A DNA stretch of 64,000 nucleotides from Mobula hypostoma (Eukaryota). The stretch is taken from the NCBI RefSeq assembly GCF_963921235.1, contig NC_086108.1, positions 6,882,001-6,946,000 of the forward strand, read 5' to 3'. The position numbers and the translations under genes were made by a program. How positions within the stretch are numbered: the stretch's first letter is position 1; every line of letters starts with the position of its first letter. The notes under the pieces were generated by a model that saw nothing but the letters and a program-made list of their open reading frames with translations, searched no databases and was not told the DNA's origin. Of this stretch, positions 1 through 14,561 are shown piece after piece.

Positions 1-1344
1 CAGAGGAAGCCCATGTGGTCAGGGAGAATATGTGTGGACTTCACACAGCTCCAGAGATCAGTACTGAACTCGAGTCATGAACATGTGAGGCAGTAGTTCT
101 ACTTGGTGTTCTATTGTACCATTACAGTAGAAAAGATTAACATGGAACTGCAGCACAGTACAGGCTCTTCGGCCCATGGTGCTGTGCTAACCTTTTAATC
201 TACTCTATTGTCAGATTCAGGGTTAATAACACCAACACATGTCATGAAAATTGCTGTCCTTGCGGCAGCGTACAATTCAATACATAATAATAAGGGAGGA
301 AAAATATAAATATATTTGATATATTTAATATTAATTTAATATGTTTAATAAATATATTAAATTAAGTTAGTGCAAAAATAGAAATAAAAAAAGTAGTAAG
401 GCAGTGTTCATGGGTTCAATGTCCATTCAGAAATCAGATGGCAGAACATTAGAAGCTGTTCCTGAATTGTTAAGTGTGTGTCTTTAGCCTCCTGTACCTC
501 CTTCCTGATGGTAGCAATGAGAACAAGACATGACCTAGTTGATGGGGGCCCTTAATGATGGACGAAGCCTTTTTGAGGCATTGGTCCTTAAAGGTGCCCT
601 GGATACTGAGGCTAGTGCCCATGGTGGAGCTAACTAAGTTTAACGTTCTCTGAAGCTAAACCCTCCCTCACACATAGCGCTCCATTTTTCTATCATCGAA
701 GTGCATATCTCTTAAGAGTACCTTAAATGCACCTAATGTATCTGCCTCTATCACCACTGTGTAAAAAAAACACAACACTAACTAACTTACCTCTGCCACC
801 CCTTCCCTTTATTCTCCTTAGCTTTATTAATCGCTTGTATGTCGAAACATACAGTTTAATGTATTCTTTGCGTCAGCGACCAACCCTGTCCAAGGGTGTG
901 CTGGGGGCAGCTTGGAAGTGTTGCCATACCTTCAATGTCATCCGAGCATACCCACAGCTAACCCTAACCTGTAGTCTTTGGAATGTGGAAGGAAAGCAGA
1001 ACACCCAGAGAAAACCCACGCAGTCACAGGGAACATACAAACTCCTTAGAGACAGCAGTGGAAATTGAGCTCTGATCACTGGCACTATAAAGAGTAAAGC
1101 TAACTATTAGGCTTCTGTGTCGCGCTATGAACTTTGAAGGTGGAGGTATTTATGGTGACATGGGTAAAGTCAAAACTGAATACGTATCGTCTATAATGCT
1201 TCTTGAGACTATCAAAAGAAGATGCAGTGGCATGAAAACAGTCACCGTAGAGCGAAGGTTTGGTGGAGGGAAGAAATTTTTGGTGGGGTGGGCAAATGAA
1301 TATGCTATTGATATTATCAAAACTGACTGTGTTTGTATTTACAG

Positions 1345-1479
1345 GTTCAGCAGCTGGTGCCAGCTCGAGATCAAGCTTTGCAAGCAGAGTTTAACAAGCA
1401 ACAATCTAATGAAAACCTGCGTGAGCAGTTTGCAAATAAGGCCAATGTTGTTGGTCCCTGGATTCAGACTAAGATGCAG
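1345..1479 (+). CDS. ACTN4: Alpha-actinin-4 coding exon (equivalent to exon 16; spectrin repeat 3/4), [45 protein letters not shown]
   Basis: tttacag|GTT acceptor, CAG|gttggt donor, 135 bp, phase 0; peptide matches ACTN4 VQQLVP...QQSNE...[12 protein letters not shown] as recalled. Confidence 0.93.
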
Positions 1480-2159
1480 GTTGGTAAAATTCTTTTGGCA
1501 TTCAGAATTACTGGTTTTGAGGATATTCTCTGCTTCAATAAAAATCATTCTATTTCCAGTTAGCTATTTACTGTCTGTTACTCCACTGGCGTTTAAGGCA
1601 GCAATGAAGGTCCTCCATCTCTGGTGGTGTACAGGGCTTCCTTCAATGTGTCAGTAACTTCCTCTCAGTTTTCACTACTGGGTGGAGACTCAGGAATACC
1701 GTCGCACTCAGATGTAGGATTTTTCATTGCTGTTTCCGTAACGGTTTTGTTTGACCAGTCAGGGTTCCCGAACCTGAAGGACTGATGAACTACTCTTAGT
1801 CTGAGAGAGTTTCTTGTAGTAAGAATTAGATCCATTGTGCTTGAATTATGATGGGAGTCAGTCAAGTTAAGATTTCCACACACAAGTTACTCGTGCCACC
1901 ATCTATGGAGGCGAATAAGCATTCAACATTTTGGACCGAGAGCCTATATCAGGACTGGAAATAAAGGAGTCAGAAGCCAGAATAAGAAAGTGGTGGGGAG
2001 GGGAAGTAGGACAGGCTGACAAGTGATAGGTGAGACCAGGTGAAGGGGAAGGTTACACAACTTGCAATCTGAAAATATTCAGCAATGCAGTCCAAGACCA
2101 GGGCAACACCTGGATGTGGAAAACGAGTTGTTGACTGTTATTTTGTGTATTTATATTAG

Positions 2160-2339
2160 GAGATTGGACGGATCTCTATTGAAATGCACGGTACACTGGA
2201 GGACCAGCTAAATCAACTGAAGCAGTATGAGAACAGTATCATCAATTATAAGCCCAACATCGACAGATTGGAGCAGGACCATCAACTCATTCAAGAGGCC
2301 CTCATCTTTGACAACAAGCATACCAATTATACCATGGAG
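2160..2339 (+). CDS. ACTN4: Alpha-actinin-4 coding exon (exon 17 equivalent), [60 protein letters not shown]
   Basis: tattag|GAG acceptor, GAG|gtaata donor, 180 bp, in frame with flanking exons; classic actinin spectrin repeat 4 sequence. Confidence 0.95.
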
Positions 2340-4270
2340 GTAATAATTATGCTTTATTTTCAGATGAGTTCATCTTGCATTTAAAATCAGTAACCATGGG
2401 AGGAGATGCATCTCTACCAAAGGAGGTGTAAGGTGCTCCCTCTCTCCGCTAGCCTGCAGGTCACCCTTGGGCAAGGTGTAGCACCTGCTTAGCTAGCGCG
2501 TGGCCCCCCCCAAATCAGGGTCACGAGAAGTCATGGGAGCAGGTGGAGGAAGGTTTTATGAGCAGCTGGTGCATAATGACAATTTCTGGTTGTTGTCATG
2601 TGAATGAAGTCATTGGAGAGAAGTACTACAGAGACCCAAATATTGAATTTAAATCAGCATTGTCTGGTCTTCCAATTATTGTGGTTCACAGTCTTATAGG
2701 AACCCATTGTTCAGAGCTGCATTTTAGATTTAATCTACACATCATACTCAGATCTGAAGATTCATGGCTGCAGTTATTTGCCACATGTTCTAACCCCAAA
2801 AAATGCTGTCACATTGGTTATTCCATGACTGACACCATGCAATCTCTGAAAAGTATTGCTAGTAGCTGGGGGTCATCTGCCTTGTAAAAACACTGCCCAA
2901 AACAACGCAGCGGCAAACCACTTCTGTAGAATTTGCCAAGAACAATCATGGTCATAGACCACGATCGCCCACGTCACACAATAAAGATGGTGATGAACTG
3001 TGCCCACAGTACAGGGTGCTGAATCTTTGGAGCTTGGTATAGGCACCAGCATTACTTCCCACTCCCTTTGATGAAACTGTTTTATGAGTTATCATACACA
3101 TTTCATGACAAATTATTATCTCGCAAGAGGAAGGTCAGTCTGCTGACCTGCCTTTCCTTGGATTTTCCCTTTGCAAAAATAAAGTCCGTCCCCTCTCCTT
3201 CAGCCTTGCAGTTTCTTTAGCATTTTGTTTGTTGCCTGTTGCTGGCTCAATCCTCAACCCAGCATGGGTGGAACTCGTGCAAGGAGCTGGCCGGGTTTGA
3301 ACCCAGGGCCACTCGCACCGAAGTCTGGGTGTGGTACCACTACACCCTGGCACAGACCGCAAAAATAAAGTTCTCTTGATTTTCCACTTGGACTGAATAA
3401 ACACTGATTATGGACCAAAAATCTGAAGATTTGACAGCAAGGTTAATTAATTGAACATTCACTGTTGCCACATTTCAACAGCAGCAATGTGTTTTAAACA
3501 ATTTGTTTGAGCCCTTCTAAAATATTGAGGAAGTTATTGTATCGGTTTGAAATACACATAGGTAGTAATTTGACCTATTAATATGCCTGTGCTGGTGCTT
3601 TGATCTACCCAGTCATGGCAATACTTAAACATATCCATGTTTGATTCCTTTTGCAATACTATTGAATCTACTTCCACCAACACTGGGGCAGTGAATTCCA
3701 ATGATAACCAGTGTAACATTTTCTCCTCTCCCTCTCCCTCTTCCTAGTAATCTTTCCCCACCCCAACTCCCCTGTGTATTTTTTCTAAGTGAGCAGTTGT
3801 GGAGGGTGCTGTATAAAATGCAAGCACTCCCGGAAAGAAACACCAGCAACCACATGCCGAGGGTGTCATCTCAACTGGCCATGAAACATCTGCAAGCTCA
3901 TTACCAAGCTCGGCGAGCACCGCAACATCAATTTTTCTAATTTTCTTAAATTTCAGTTTAAACCGTATTTTTCTGTCTGATACAAACTTTTTAAACTATC
4001 TGATCTAAGCCCTTCACAATTTTGAACACTTTCATTCTGTTATTATTGTCTCCTTTGGTCTACGGAACACCACTAGCTTCTCTAGTCCCTCTGCACTTTC
4101 TCCATCCTTTAATTTAGAGTGTCTTGTTGCTCTTGTATTTCTAAAGCAAGGCCCTTAGAAGTGGATACCTTTATATCCAGGTGAAGCTTACTGATGTGCT
4201 GAAGATGGCCAAGCTTCCTAGCATTTTGTAATTGCAATTTGTTTTTAAGAAAAGTTTGTGTTCTTAACTT

Positions 4271-4505
4271 AGGGTGCCACAGTAGCATAGCGGTTAGCCC
4301 AATGCTATTACAACTCTGGGCATTTCAGAGTTCAGTTTAGGCACCGTCTGTAAGGAGTTTATATGTTCTCCCCGTGAATGGATAGGTTTCTGTACCAGTT
4401 AGTAGGTTAATTGGTCACTGTAAGTTGTCCTGTGATAGGCTAGGGTTAAATAGGTGGATTACTGAGTATTGCAGCTCGTTAGGCCAGAAGGCCTGTTCTG
4501 CACGG
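4271..4505 (+). mobile_element. tRNA-derived SINE (V-SINE/HE1-like)
   Basis: A-box-like tagcatagcggt and core tgtaaggagtttatatgttctccccgtga; related copies at ~1-120(-), 900-1110(-), 24800-24965(-), 26500-26710(-), 53885-54115(+). Confidence 0.65.
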
Positions 4506-4999
4506 TGTCTCCTGTCTTATCAAACCTGTAGCTTCGGTCCTACTGGAAATTGTCGTTCTCCAGGTTTGGGCATAGTCTTTCTTGTGCTTAAGGCAACAAA
4601 GGTTGCCTGTGCCAGTTCGTGAATTCAAGTTAGTAATGGTTAGATGGTTTTTAAATTCAGTTAGTTTGGCATTCAGTTCTTAAACTTGTGAGTTTGTAAT
4701 ATACCCAAGTGAGCTGCTCTTTCATAGTATTCAATGTGTAGTTTAATGTTTTGCGTAAGGAAAATTGGAGAACAGCGCTGCAGTATGCATATGCTAATCA
4801 AAAGACGTGCATATATTTACACTTGGGTGTCAGATGAAAATTTACGCCATTTGATAGCTCTAGATTAAACACTGCTTTATGCATTGTTATTGGATAATAG
4901 ATTACACCTTGAGCCTAATGCTAGCTTTTTCAATGCAGCAAAGGCAAAGTGCATCTTTGATCTGGAAGGCTGTAAGTAGTGAAAGCCCATATTGAGTAG

Positions 5000-5317
<318 letters not shown>

Positions 5318-5504
5318 TGATCTACGTTACGTGATGGAATTGCAAAAAGTTTGATTATAATAGACTTTGTAATGCTTGATTACCTTGTATCACCTGCACT
5401 TCCAATGTAGAGCATGCTGAAGCTGTATGCACTGAGATGTACTTGAGGCTTAATTAATTTAATTCTAATCAATTCCACTTTAATTGTCATTCAACCGTAC
5501 ATGA

Positions 5505-6545
5505 ATGGAGAGAAAATTTTAAAAACTGAGGTGCAAAGGGGCTTGGGAGTCCTCGTGCAGGATTCCCGAAAGGTTAATTTGCAGGTTGAGTCAGTGGCAA
5601 GTATGATGTTAGCATTCATTTCAAGAGGTCTAGAATATCAATTTAATTTCATTTCAATTCCACTTTAATTGTCATTCAACTACACACGAGTGCCCATGTA
5701 TACAGCCAAACAAACATTCTTACTCTGGGGTCAAGGCGAAAAACACAGTACCAACAGTCATATGCAGCGCAAAGAATCACAAGCACAAATAGTATCACAT
5801 GCACATAATGAAAGAGTCCAAAGCTTGTGCCATCGAACAGTGGTGGGACAGCTCTGACTCCAGCCCTGACACCATGCCGCATCAAACCAGCGGAGAGCAC
5901 CGGCCCTGATGCAACCCCCCGCCAGCCAGCACGACACTGCGGCTTGAGGCCCAGTCCCCCATGTACAAGATAACAAGCACATATAGAATATCTGCAAAAC
6001 ACAAGTGTGTAGAATATATATGTATAAAAGAAAGCGTGTAATATTGAGGCTTATTGTGAGCAGTTTTGTGCCCCTTACTTAAGAAAGGATTTGCTGACAT
6101 TGGAGAGATTTCAAAGGAGGTTCATGAAAATGATTCCAGGATTGAAAGGCTTGTCATATGAGAAGCGTTTGATGGCTCTGGGTGTCTACTCACTGGAATT
6201 CAGAAGAATGAGGGGTGACTTCATTGAAACCTATTGTATATTGAAAGGCCCCAATATAATGGATGTAGAGAAAATGTTCCCTGTGGTGAGGGAGTCTAAG
6301 ACCTGAGGACACTGCCTCAGAATAGAGGGTCGTACATTTAGAACAGAGATGAGGAATTTCTTTAGCCAGAGTGGTGAATCTGCAGAATTTGTTGCCACAG
6401 ACGGCTGTGGAGGCCAACTCTTTGGGTATATTTAAGGCAGAGGTTGCTTAGTCAGGGCATGAAGGCTTATGGGGAGAAGGCAGGAGACTTGGGGTTGAGA
6501 GGAGAATGTATCAGCCATGATGAAATGTTGGAGTTGACTTGATGG
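5505..6545 (+). mobile_element. Degenerate CR1 3' fragment interrupted by another LINE tail (~5640-6030)
   Basis: LERFQRRFMKMIPGL...LEFRRMRGDFIETY peptide; related fragments at ~9880-10200(-), 11015-11325(-), 13520-13970(+), 33420-33720(-), 53555-53875(-). Confidence 0.8.
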
Positions 6546-7124
6546 GCCACCTCTGTGGAGATGAGGATTTATGGGATTGGGAATCTCAAGAATTCTGTAC
6601 TAATGTTGAACGTAGGCAAGGTTGCCATAGATTATGGGCTGTAGGAGGATGTTATGGGGAAATAGGAAAGTGGAGTTGATTTACTGAGTTATGGAGTAGG
6701 TTTGAGCTGGGGAGGGGATGTGGCCACTTGTTACATAAAAACCCACCGGTAGAATAATTGCCTATTAATGTGTTATGGCGATCAAAAGGATTAAAGAGTC
6801 TAAATGTATATAATCCAGTGCCGAGTCTCAAAGAATTTTCTGATCTATATTCTGCAATGGTTGGCTGAGTGCATCCGAATTGCTGTGTAAGTGGAGGAGT
6901 TTCTATTGAATGCAGTGTTTTTAATGTGCCAGGCTGCAGTCACAAGGGTGTGGCTTTCTGGCAGCTGTTTGCTTAGGTTACTGCAAGGGTAGGGGTTTTC
7001 GTGCTGAGTCTGCTCTACAGGTCAGCAGGAATAGCAGCCACTTCTCCTGTGTGGGGAGCTAATACTATTAACTGATCAACTTTGCAAGGCACCTCGTACT
7101 TGGTGCATTGAAGTTCTCCACAGT

Positions 7125-7855
7125 ACAGAATCAGAATTAGGTATATTATCACTGATGTGTGTCATGATATTTATTGTTTTGCAGCAACAGTATAGTGCAA
7201 TACATAAAATAAAATAAATATATATAAAATAGTGCAAAAAGAGAGCAAAACTAGTGTGGTAATGTTCATTGTTCAGGAACCTGATGTCGGGGGGAAGATG
7301 TTCCTAAAACACAGTGTGTGTCTTCAGGCTCCTGTATCACCTCCCTGATGGTAGCAGTAAGAAGAGGGCATATTTTGGTGGTGACAGTCCTTGAGGCTTC
7401 ACCTTTGAAGATGCCGCTGAGTTTGCAGTCTTCTGCAGTCTTTTCTGAACCATCCTCCATACCAGATGGTGATACAACCAGTTAGAATGCTCTCCACAGT
7501 ACATTGCAGAAATTTGTTGGTCCTTGGGGACATCCAAAATCTCCTCAAACTCCTAATGAAATATAGCCACTGGCGTGCCTTCTTTGTAATTCCATTCACA
7601 CATTGGCCAAGGATAGATCTTCAGAGAGTTGACACCCAGGAATTTGAAACTGCTTACTGCCGATCCCTCGATAAGATCTGGTGTGTGTTCCCTTGACTTC
7701 TATTTTTTGAAGTCCACAATCAATTCCATGGTCTTATTAGCATTGAGTGCAAGCTTGTTGCGACACTGCTCAACTAGCTGAGCTATCTCGCTCCTGTACA
7801 CCACCTCGTCTCCACCTGAGATTCTGCTGACAGCAGTTGTGCACTGAAATCTCAT
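7125..7855 (-). mobile_element. Rex1/Babar-type LINE 3' fragment
   Basis: KARQWLYFIRSLRRF, VESILTGCITIWYG, ELIVDF; related copies at ~210-655(-), 8404-8850(+), 9100-9465(+), 18610-19170(-), 29795-30295(-), 42860-43470, 47880-48330(-). Confidence 0.85.
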
Positions 7856-10800
7856 TGCAGCATACGAGTGGGTAGGAGACATGATTAATACTTAATTTTG
7901 AATGGAGAAAACTGAATTTGAAGCATGGGTGTTTTAATTCTTTTTGTGGTTGGGAGGTGGGGGAGGTTTCTTTATGTATCCAATGTCGTCACTCTGAATG
8001 AAATTGGAATATGTGGCCTTCAGAGCACTTCAAAAAAGCATTTGTTAGCTTTCATCATCTTGTGGTTTATGAATCAGAAAGATTTTATGTGACAGGAGTT
8101 CAATATATACGTATTTGCTGAGTAGGAGCAAGGCACACTTCCTGCTGATTGCATTGGTATTCACTTAAGAAATCCAAATGATATGCCATCTGGAGCACTC
8201 ATTAATATGTATTTCAGTCTTGATTATTCACCAACCAATGAAGATGGTCATGTATTGAGGAAGTTGGTAGCCTTGTGGCTAGAGCTGGCGTTTGGACTGT
8301 GGACTGGGTGCGCAGTTGGGGTCGGAAATTTAGGGAGTCGAGCGACTTGATTAGTCGTATCTCTATCTGGTGTGTGAGTAGCTGAGCATCAGACCAGAAG
8401 TCCCTACAAAGGACTGTGAGAATACCAGAGCCGGTCGTACCATCTATCAGAGATATTTATCAGGAACACTGCGTTCATTGGGCCCTTAGAATTATTAAGG
8501 ATCCCACGTCCATCCAGCATCCTCTTTGACTTTCTACCATCAGGCAGGCGTCTCCGATGTATAAAGACAAGAACATTCAGGATGGGAAACAGTTTCTTCC
8601 CCCAGACCATTAGGCTTCTGAATTTCCTGCCGCATCGTATTCAAAGTATCACTGGTTAATTTGTTCTGTGCCTTACAATATTTAATTTATGCACTTTACT
8701 TTGTTTATTTATGTGTAACCTATCTGTAGGTTTTATCCTTACTTTCGTTCTTAAGTTATTCTGTGTTCTGTATACGTCAGTATTTTACATCCTGGTCTGG
8801 AGAAACATTGTCTCATTTGACAGTTTACATGTGTATAGTTAAATGACAGTAAACTTGATTTTCTTTGTAGTTCATGTTAGGAGTGCCACAGGGTGAAATG
8901 TATGCTCAGCTTGCAAGCTGAAACTTGCTGCCTGTAAATGTGCTGAGTTCACTATTACAACACTGTGTTGCATGTAGGAGCAAGCATTTCAACATTGTAC
9001 GAGTCACATCCAGTAGTCCAGAAAATCTAGTCTACCACAACCAAAGTGAGGGCTCCACGGATCCGAATTGGGAGCCTCTGACCCATATTAATTTAGAAAC
9101 TCTTACACTCAACATTAGTAGGATCAAAGAACTGATTGTGGACTTCAGGAAGGGTAGGACAAGAGAACACACATAGAGGGATCAGAAGGGTAGAGAGTGA
9201 GCAATTTCAAGTTCCTGTGGGTATCAGTATCTCTGAGGATCTATCCTGGACCCAACATATCGATGCAGCTGCAAAGAAAGCACAACAGTGGCTATATTTC
9301 ATTAGGAGTTTGAGGAAATTTGGTACGTCACCAAAAGTACTTGTAAATTTCTACAGATGTACCATGGAGAGCATTCTGACTGGCTGCATCACCATCTGGT
9401 ATGGGGGGGGGGGGTGCTACTGCACAAGATTGAAATAAGCTGCAGAAAGTTGTAAACTCAGTCATCTACCAGTCTTTTTTGTTTCAAGTATAGATCATCT
9501 TTGATCTCTATCCACTGAATTTCAGGAGCTCTTCTCTGTATCATCTTACATAATTAACAGCATTGCCATCTCTTGACAAGCCTGTATTTTGTATATTAGC
9601 CTGATTTGCCTGTTACATTGAAGGGATTTCTTCATCTTACCACCTAGATCAGCAATTTTGTTTTGCTGTTGAAAAGCTACTTTGTTCCAAAGGGGAAAAA
9701 ATTACTAGACTTCACTGGGTTGTCAAGATATTTTTTAAACTTGGCACATAAATGAGTGGGCTTAACTAGTTCTTTGCTGTCGTATGCATCTTAAGTCACT
9801 GGCATGACATTATGCTTGGGGATCCCTGGTGCTTTTGAAACTTTAGTTGTGATTTCTTTAACATTTAAAAAGCATTCCATTAGACCATAGCAGCAGAATT
9901 AATCAATTCGGCCCATCAAGTTGATCCTGTCCTGATATCATGGCTGATTTATTATCCCTCTCAACATCATGCTTCTGCCTTCTCCCCGTAACCTTTGACA
10001 CCCATAGTAATCAAGAACCTATCAACCTCTGCCTCAAATATATGCAATGAATTGGCCTCCACTGATATTTATGGCAATGAATTCCACAGGTTCACCACCC
10101 TCTGGCTAAAGGAATTTCTTCTCGTCTCTGTTCAAAGAGACATTCCTCTATTCTGAAGTTGTGTCCTCTGGTCCTGGACTCTTACCATAGGAAACATCCT
10201 CTTGGAGAGAGAGAGAAGGAGACCCAGTGTTAGTTGTACACTACAGAAAGGTGCTAGGTTTTGACCATTGTTAACAGAAGTAAGTAACAGAAAGGAGGCA
10301 CTTTTGTACCATTCTCCAATAATTTGTTTGTATCCTGCTAATGAAATACTGCTGTCACCATAAAGCCGTTGCTTCTGCTCTCCAAAGCTTATACTTGGCC
10401 ACTTTGTAAGGTAATTCACCCAAGCACTAGCACCATCAAAAGAGGGAAGTGAATTAGTAAGCAGAAAGGAGGTAGTCAAGCCAAAATGCTTCTCATTTTT
10501 TCCCTCTTTCCTGTAACAGTTTTATTGGAAGCCAGCTGCCCTTTAGTGACTATGGTGTGTAATTTTTTTTTGCCTTGTGTATCAGGAACTTGGATTATGA
10601 AAACCATTCTAACTAGCCTCAACACTTGTTTTTGTAAGGTCTCTTCCTGATGCTCATATATATTAAAAATGTTCTCTACATTTTTTAACCCATTCTGTTC
10701 AGCTGAATCAGAAAGCCAAACATGATTAGAACAATAAAAATCATGGAATCTTTTAGGGCTGGTATTGGCTGCATATTTTAACGGTTTGTGTAGTCACAAA

Positions 10801-11583
10801 GCTGAGCTAATGCGGTTTGGTAACCACTGACAAATGGAGATGTATTTATATCATTGACTCATCTACAAATGGTGTGCCTAAGCTTTTACTGATCTGGTCT
10901 TGATATAAATGACTGCAAAACAACTAGAATTAAAAATATGTTTTTAATTGATTACCAAAATGCAGAGCTCACTGTTTGGCTCATTCTTTCTAGAGTATAT
11001 TACAATCAGTACTTAAGACCATAAGATGCAGGAGCAGAATTAGGCCATTCAGCCCACCTAGTTATCTCTACTATTTCATCACGGTGATCCATTTTTCCCC
11101 TCAGCCCCAATCTCCTGCCTTCTCTCTCTATCCCTTCATGCCCTGGCTAATCAAGAGCCTGTTGACCTCCATTTTAAATATATCCAGCGATGGCCTCCAC
11201 AGCTGCCTGTGGCAGCAAGTTCCACAGACTCACCACCCTCTGGCTAAAGAAATTCCTCCTCATCTCTGTTCTAAAAGGATGCCCCTCTATTCTGATTCTG
11301 TGTCCTCTGGTCCTAGTCGCTCCTGCCAAAAGAAACATTTATAAGTGTTGTACTGTTTAACAAATTCGAATATTTTTCACACTCACTGGCAGAAAGCAGT
11401 ATAGCAGCTAAACTAACGGTTTATCACCTCTCTCATTTTTCATTAGCACATTACCCACATGATGTAATTGTTTTAATTGTAGCCTAGTAACTAATTTATC
11501 TCTCTTTTAAAGAATTTCTCTCATCTATAAAAGTGATATACTTTTCAGAAGTGCCATTTCAGCGTTGTTTCACAGTTGAAAAG

Positions 11584-12712
11584 CAGGATTTATGAACATT
11601 TGGAGAGGCGCAATACGATTAGGAATAGTCAGCATGGCTTTGTCAAAGGCAGGTCGTGCCTTACGAGCCTGATTGAATTTTTTTGAGGATGTGACTAAAG
11701 ACATTAATGAAGGTAGAGCAGTAGATGCAGTGTATATGGATTTTAGCAAGATATTTGATAAGGTAGCCCATGCAAGGCTTACTGAGAAAGTAAGGAGTTT
11801 GTGGATCCAGAACTGGCTGGCCCACAGAAGACAAAGAGTGGTTGTAGACGGGTCATATTCTGCATGGAGTTCGGTGACCAGTGGTGTGCCTCAGGGATCT
11901 GTTCTGGGACCCCTGCTCGTCATGATTTTTATAAATGACCTGGATGAGGAAGTGGAGGGATGGGTTAGTAAATTTGCTGATGACACAAAGGGTAAGACTC
12001 TTGGCAGTTTGGGGGATCGGAGGGATCTTGGGGGCTGAGTCCACAGGATACTCAAAGCTGCTGTGCAGGTTGATTCTGTGGTTCAGAAGGCATACAGTGC
12101 ATTGGCCTTCATCAGCCGTGGGATTGAGTTTAGGAGCTAAGAGGTAATGTTGCAGCTATATAGGACCCTGGTCAGACCCCACTTGGAGTACTGTGCTCAG
12201 TTCTGGTCACCTCACTACAGGAAGGACATGGAGACCATAGAAAGGGTGCAGAGGAGATTTACAAGTATGTTGCCCGGATTGGGGAGCATGTCTTATGAGA
12301 ATAGATTGAGTGAACTCAGCCTTTTCTCCTTGGAGCGGTGGAGGATGAGAGGTGACCTAATAGAACTATATAAGATGGTGAGAGGCATTGATCATGTGGA
12401 TAGTCAGAGGCTTTTTCCCAGGGCTGAAATGGTTGCCACAAGAGGGCACATATTTAAGGTGCTTGGGAGTAGGTACAGAGGAGATGTTAGGGGTAAGTTT
12501 TTTACGCAGAGAGTGGTGAATGCATGTAATGGACTGCCAGCAATGGTGGTGGAGGCGGATACGATAGGGTCTTTTAAGAGACTCCTGGATAGGTACATGG
12601 AGCTTAGAAAAATAGAGAGCTATGGGTAATCCTATGGGTAATTTCTAAGGTAAGGACATGTTCGGCACAGCTTTGTTTGCCTGTATTGTGCTGTAGGTTT
12701 TCTATGTTCCTA
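11584..12712 (+). mobile_element. CR1 LINE 3' portion, intronic, inserted into a solo LTR
   Basis: ORFs 11673-12038 ([13 protein letters not shown]) and 12147-12629 (LVRPHLEYC, FFTQRVV). Confidence 0.92.
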
Positions 12713-14561
12713 TCTGTTTATTTAGTTTGCTTAGTTTGTTTGCACTCTAAAATAAACTGAAATCATAAAATTAAGACTACTCATCATTCCTTACTCCCAG
12801 AAGAACCCTAAGGATCAGGAGTTATTAGAAATCAAACAGTGGAAAACCCGATTCAGTTATAGGAGAGGAATGGCCTGCAGAGGAAGTTTCAAAGTGTTTA
12901 ACTGCACGTTATTTTTGTGTCTTGGAGGGAGAGGATGAAGAGGATCACGACCACGTGAGTGGTGAGAAAAAAAAGATTGAAGAGATTTGAGGAGTGATGA
13001 TAATTGGAGGAAAAAGTAATTTTGCAGTTAATGAGTAGGAAACTAAGTCGAGGATTGTTGGTGTGGAGATGGTGACGGGCTAGGAAGGGAATTAAAGCCT
13101 AGTGGGCAGTTACATTCCCTGGTACTGATAATATTTTAACACCCACCACAAGGCTGTAATTCTCCCTATGAGAATGCAGTCTGTGTTCCAGAAGGCTATT
13201 GTAATTAGTTTTGGAAACTTGCACTAAATTTCAGGTGTCTACTTGTGGTCAATATGCATGGTACAGGATAGGAGCAAACGTTGAAAGCAGCGAAGAATGA
13301 GTAAGCTGTGGAGAAAATGAAGCTGTACTCTTGCATCCTTTGCTAACAAACAGCGTTATCGCGACCTGCAGTTTTGTAGGTTGAACATAGCTTAATGGGA
13401 AACAGTTTGGTGTTGTAATTTTAGTTATGGTCTGATTTTTAAAGCATTTTATGTCATCTTAAATTGGTATGTTGCATAATGGTTATGGGTTAATCGGGTT
13501 TACTGTATACTGGCTGTATATGGATTAACATATGAGGGGAGCGTTTGGTGGCTGTGGGTGTATACTTGCTGGAATTTAGAAGAATGGGGGAAGAGGATTT
13601 CATCAAAACCTATCAAATATTGAAAAACCTAGGTAGAGTGGATGTGGACAGGATGTTTCCTATAGTGGGGAAATTCTAGGACCAGAGGATACAGCCTCAG
13701 AATAGAGATACATGCCTTTAGAACAGAGATGAGGAATTTCTTCAGCCAGATGGTGCTGAATCTGGAATTTTTGGCCACTGATGGCTATGGAGGCCAAATC
13801 ATTGGGTATATTTAAAGCAGTGGGTGATAGGTTCTTGATTGGTAAGGGCGTCAAAGATTACAGGGAGAAGGCAGGAGAATGGGGTTGAGAGGGACAATAA
13901 ATCAGCCATGATGGAATGTTAGAGCAGACTTGCTTGGCTGAATGGCCTAATTCTACTCCTGTGCCTTATGATCTTTTGCTACTCTGTACTTGGGATTTCA
14001 TTGCACATTCCCCTAGTTGTTACAGTTCTCTAATCTTAAAGCTCTCCCTGACCATCTGTATTACGTTAATAACCATTTTACTTCTGGCTATATACTTCTG
14101 AATAATTGCAGAAGAAGAAAGTAGTTTAATTAGTTGAATATTTTGTTTCACAAAGCTTAACATTTTAAAATACGCAGTAAAAACAATTGGATCCATAGGA
14201 ACATTAATTTTCCCCTCTTCCCACACCCCTCGCATCTCCTTCATTCAAGACTGCATGATTGTTTGGCAAAAAGAGGACGATAGGTTCTCCATTCTTCCAA
14301 TTGGTTGGCTTTTATTTCAGTAAGACTGACCATTTCAATTAGTTCAAAGGCCAAAGAGAGGACCAGAATTTTTCATTCATGCATAATGTGTACAACAGAT
14401 TCTCAGAAATTCATTTTGTCTTGTCATAGAAATAAAACTGGTCACAATGTGTCAACACAGCTTGGCAGAACTGGGCACGTTTGTTGACTGCTGATTTTTG
14501 ACTCTTGCCAGAATTGTTGATGAAAAGCCTTGTTTTTAGGGGGGGGGGAAGGATTTAAAAT

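Noticed and set aside
4271..4350. tRNA gene
   Set aside because: Only a degenerate SINE head; no cloverleaf can be built.
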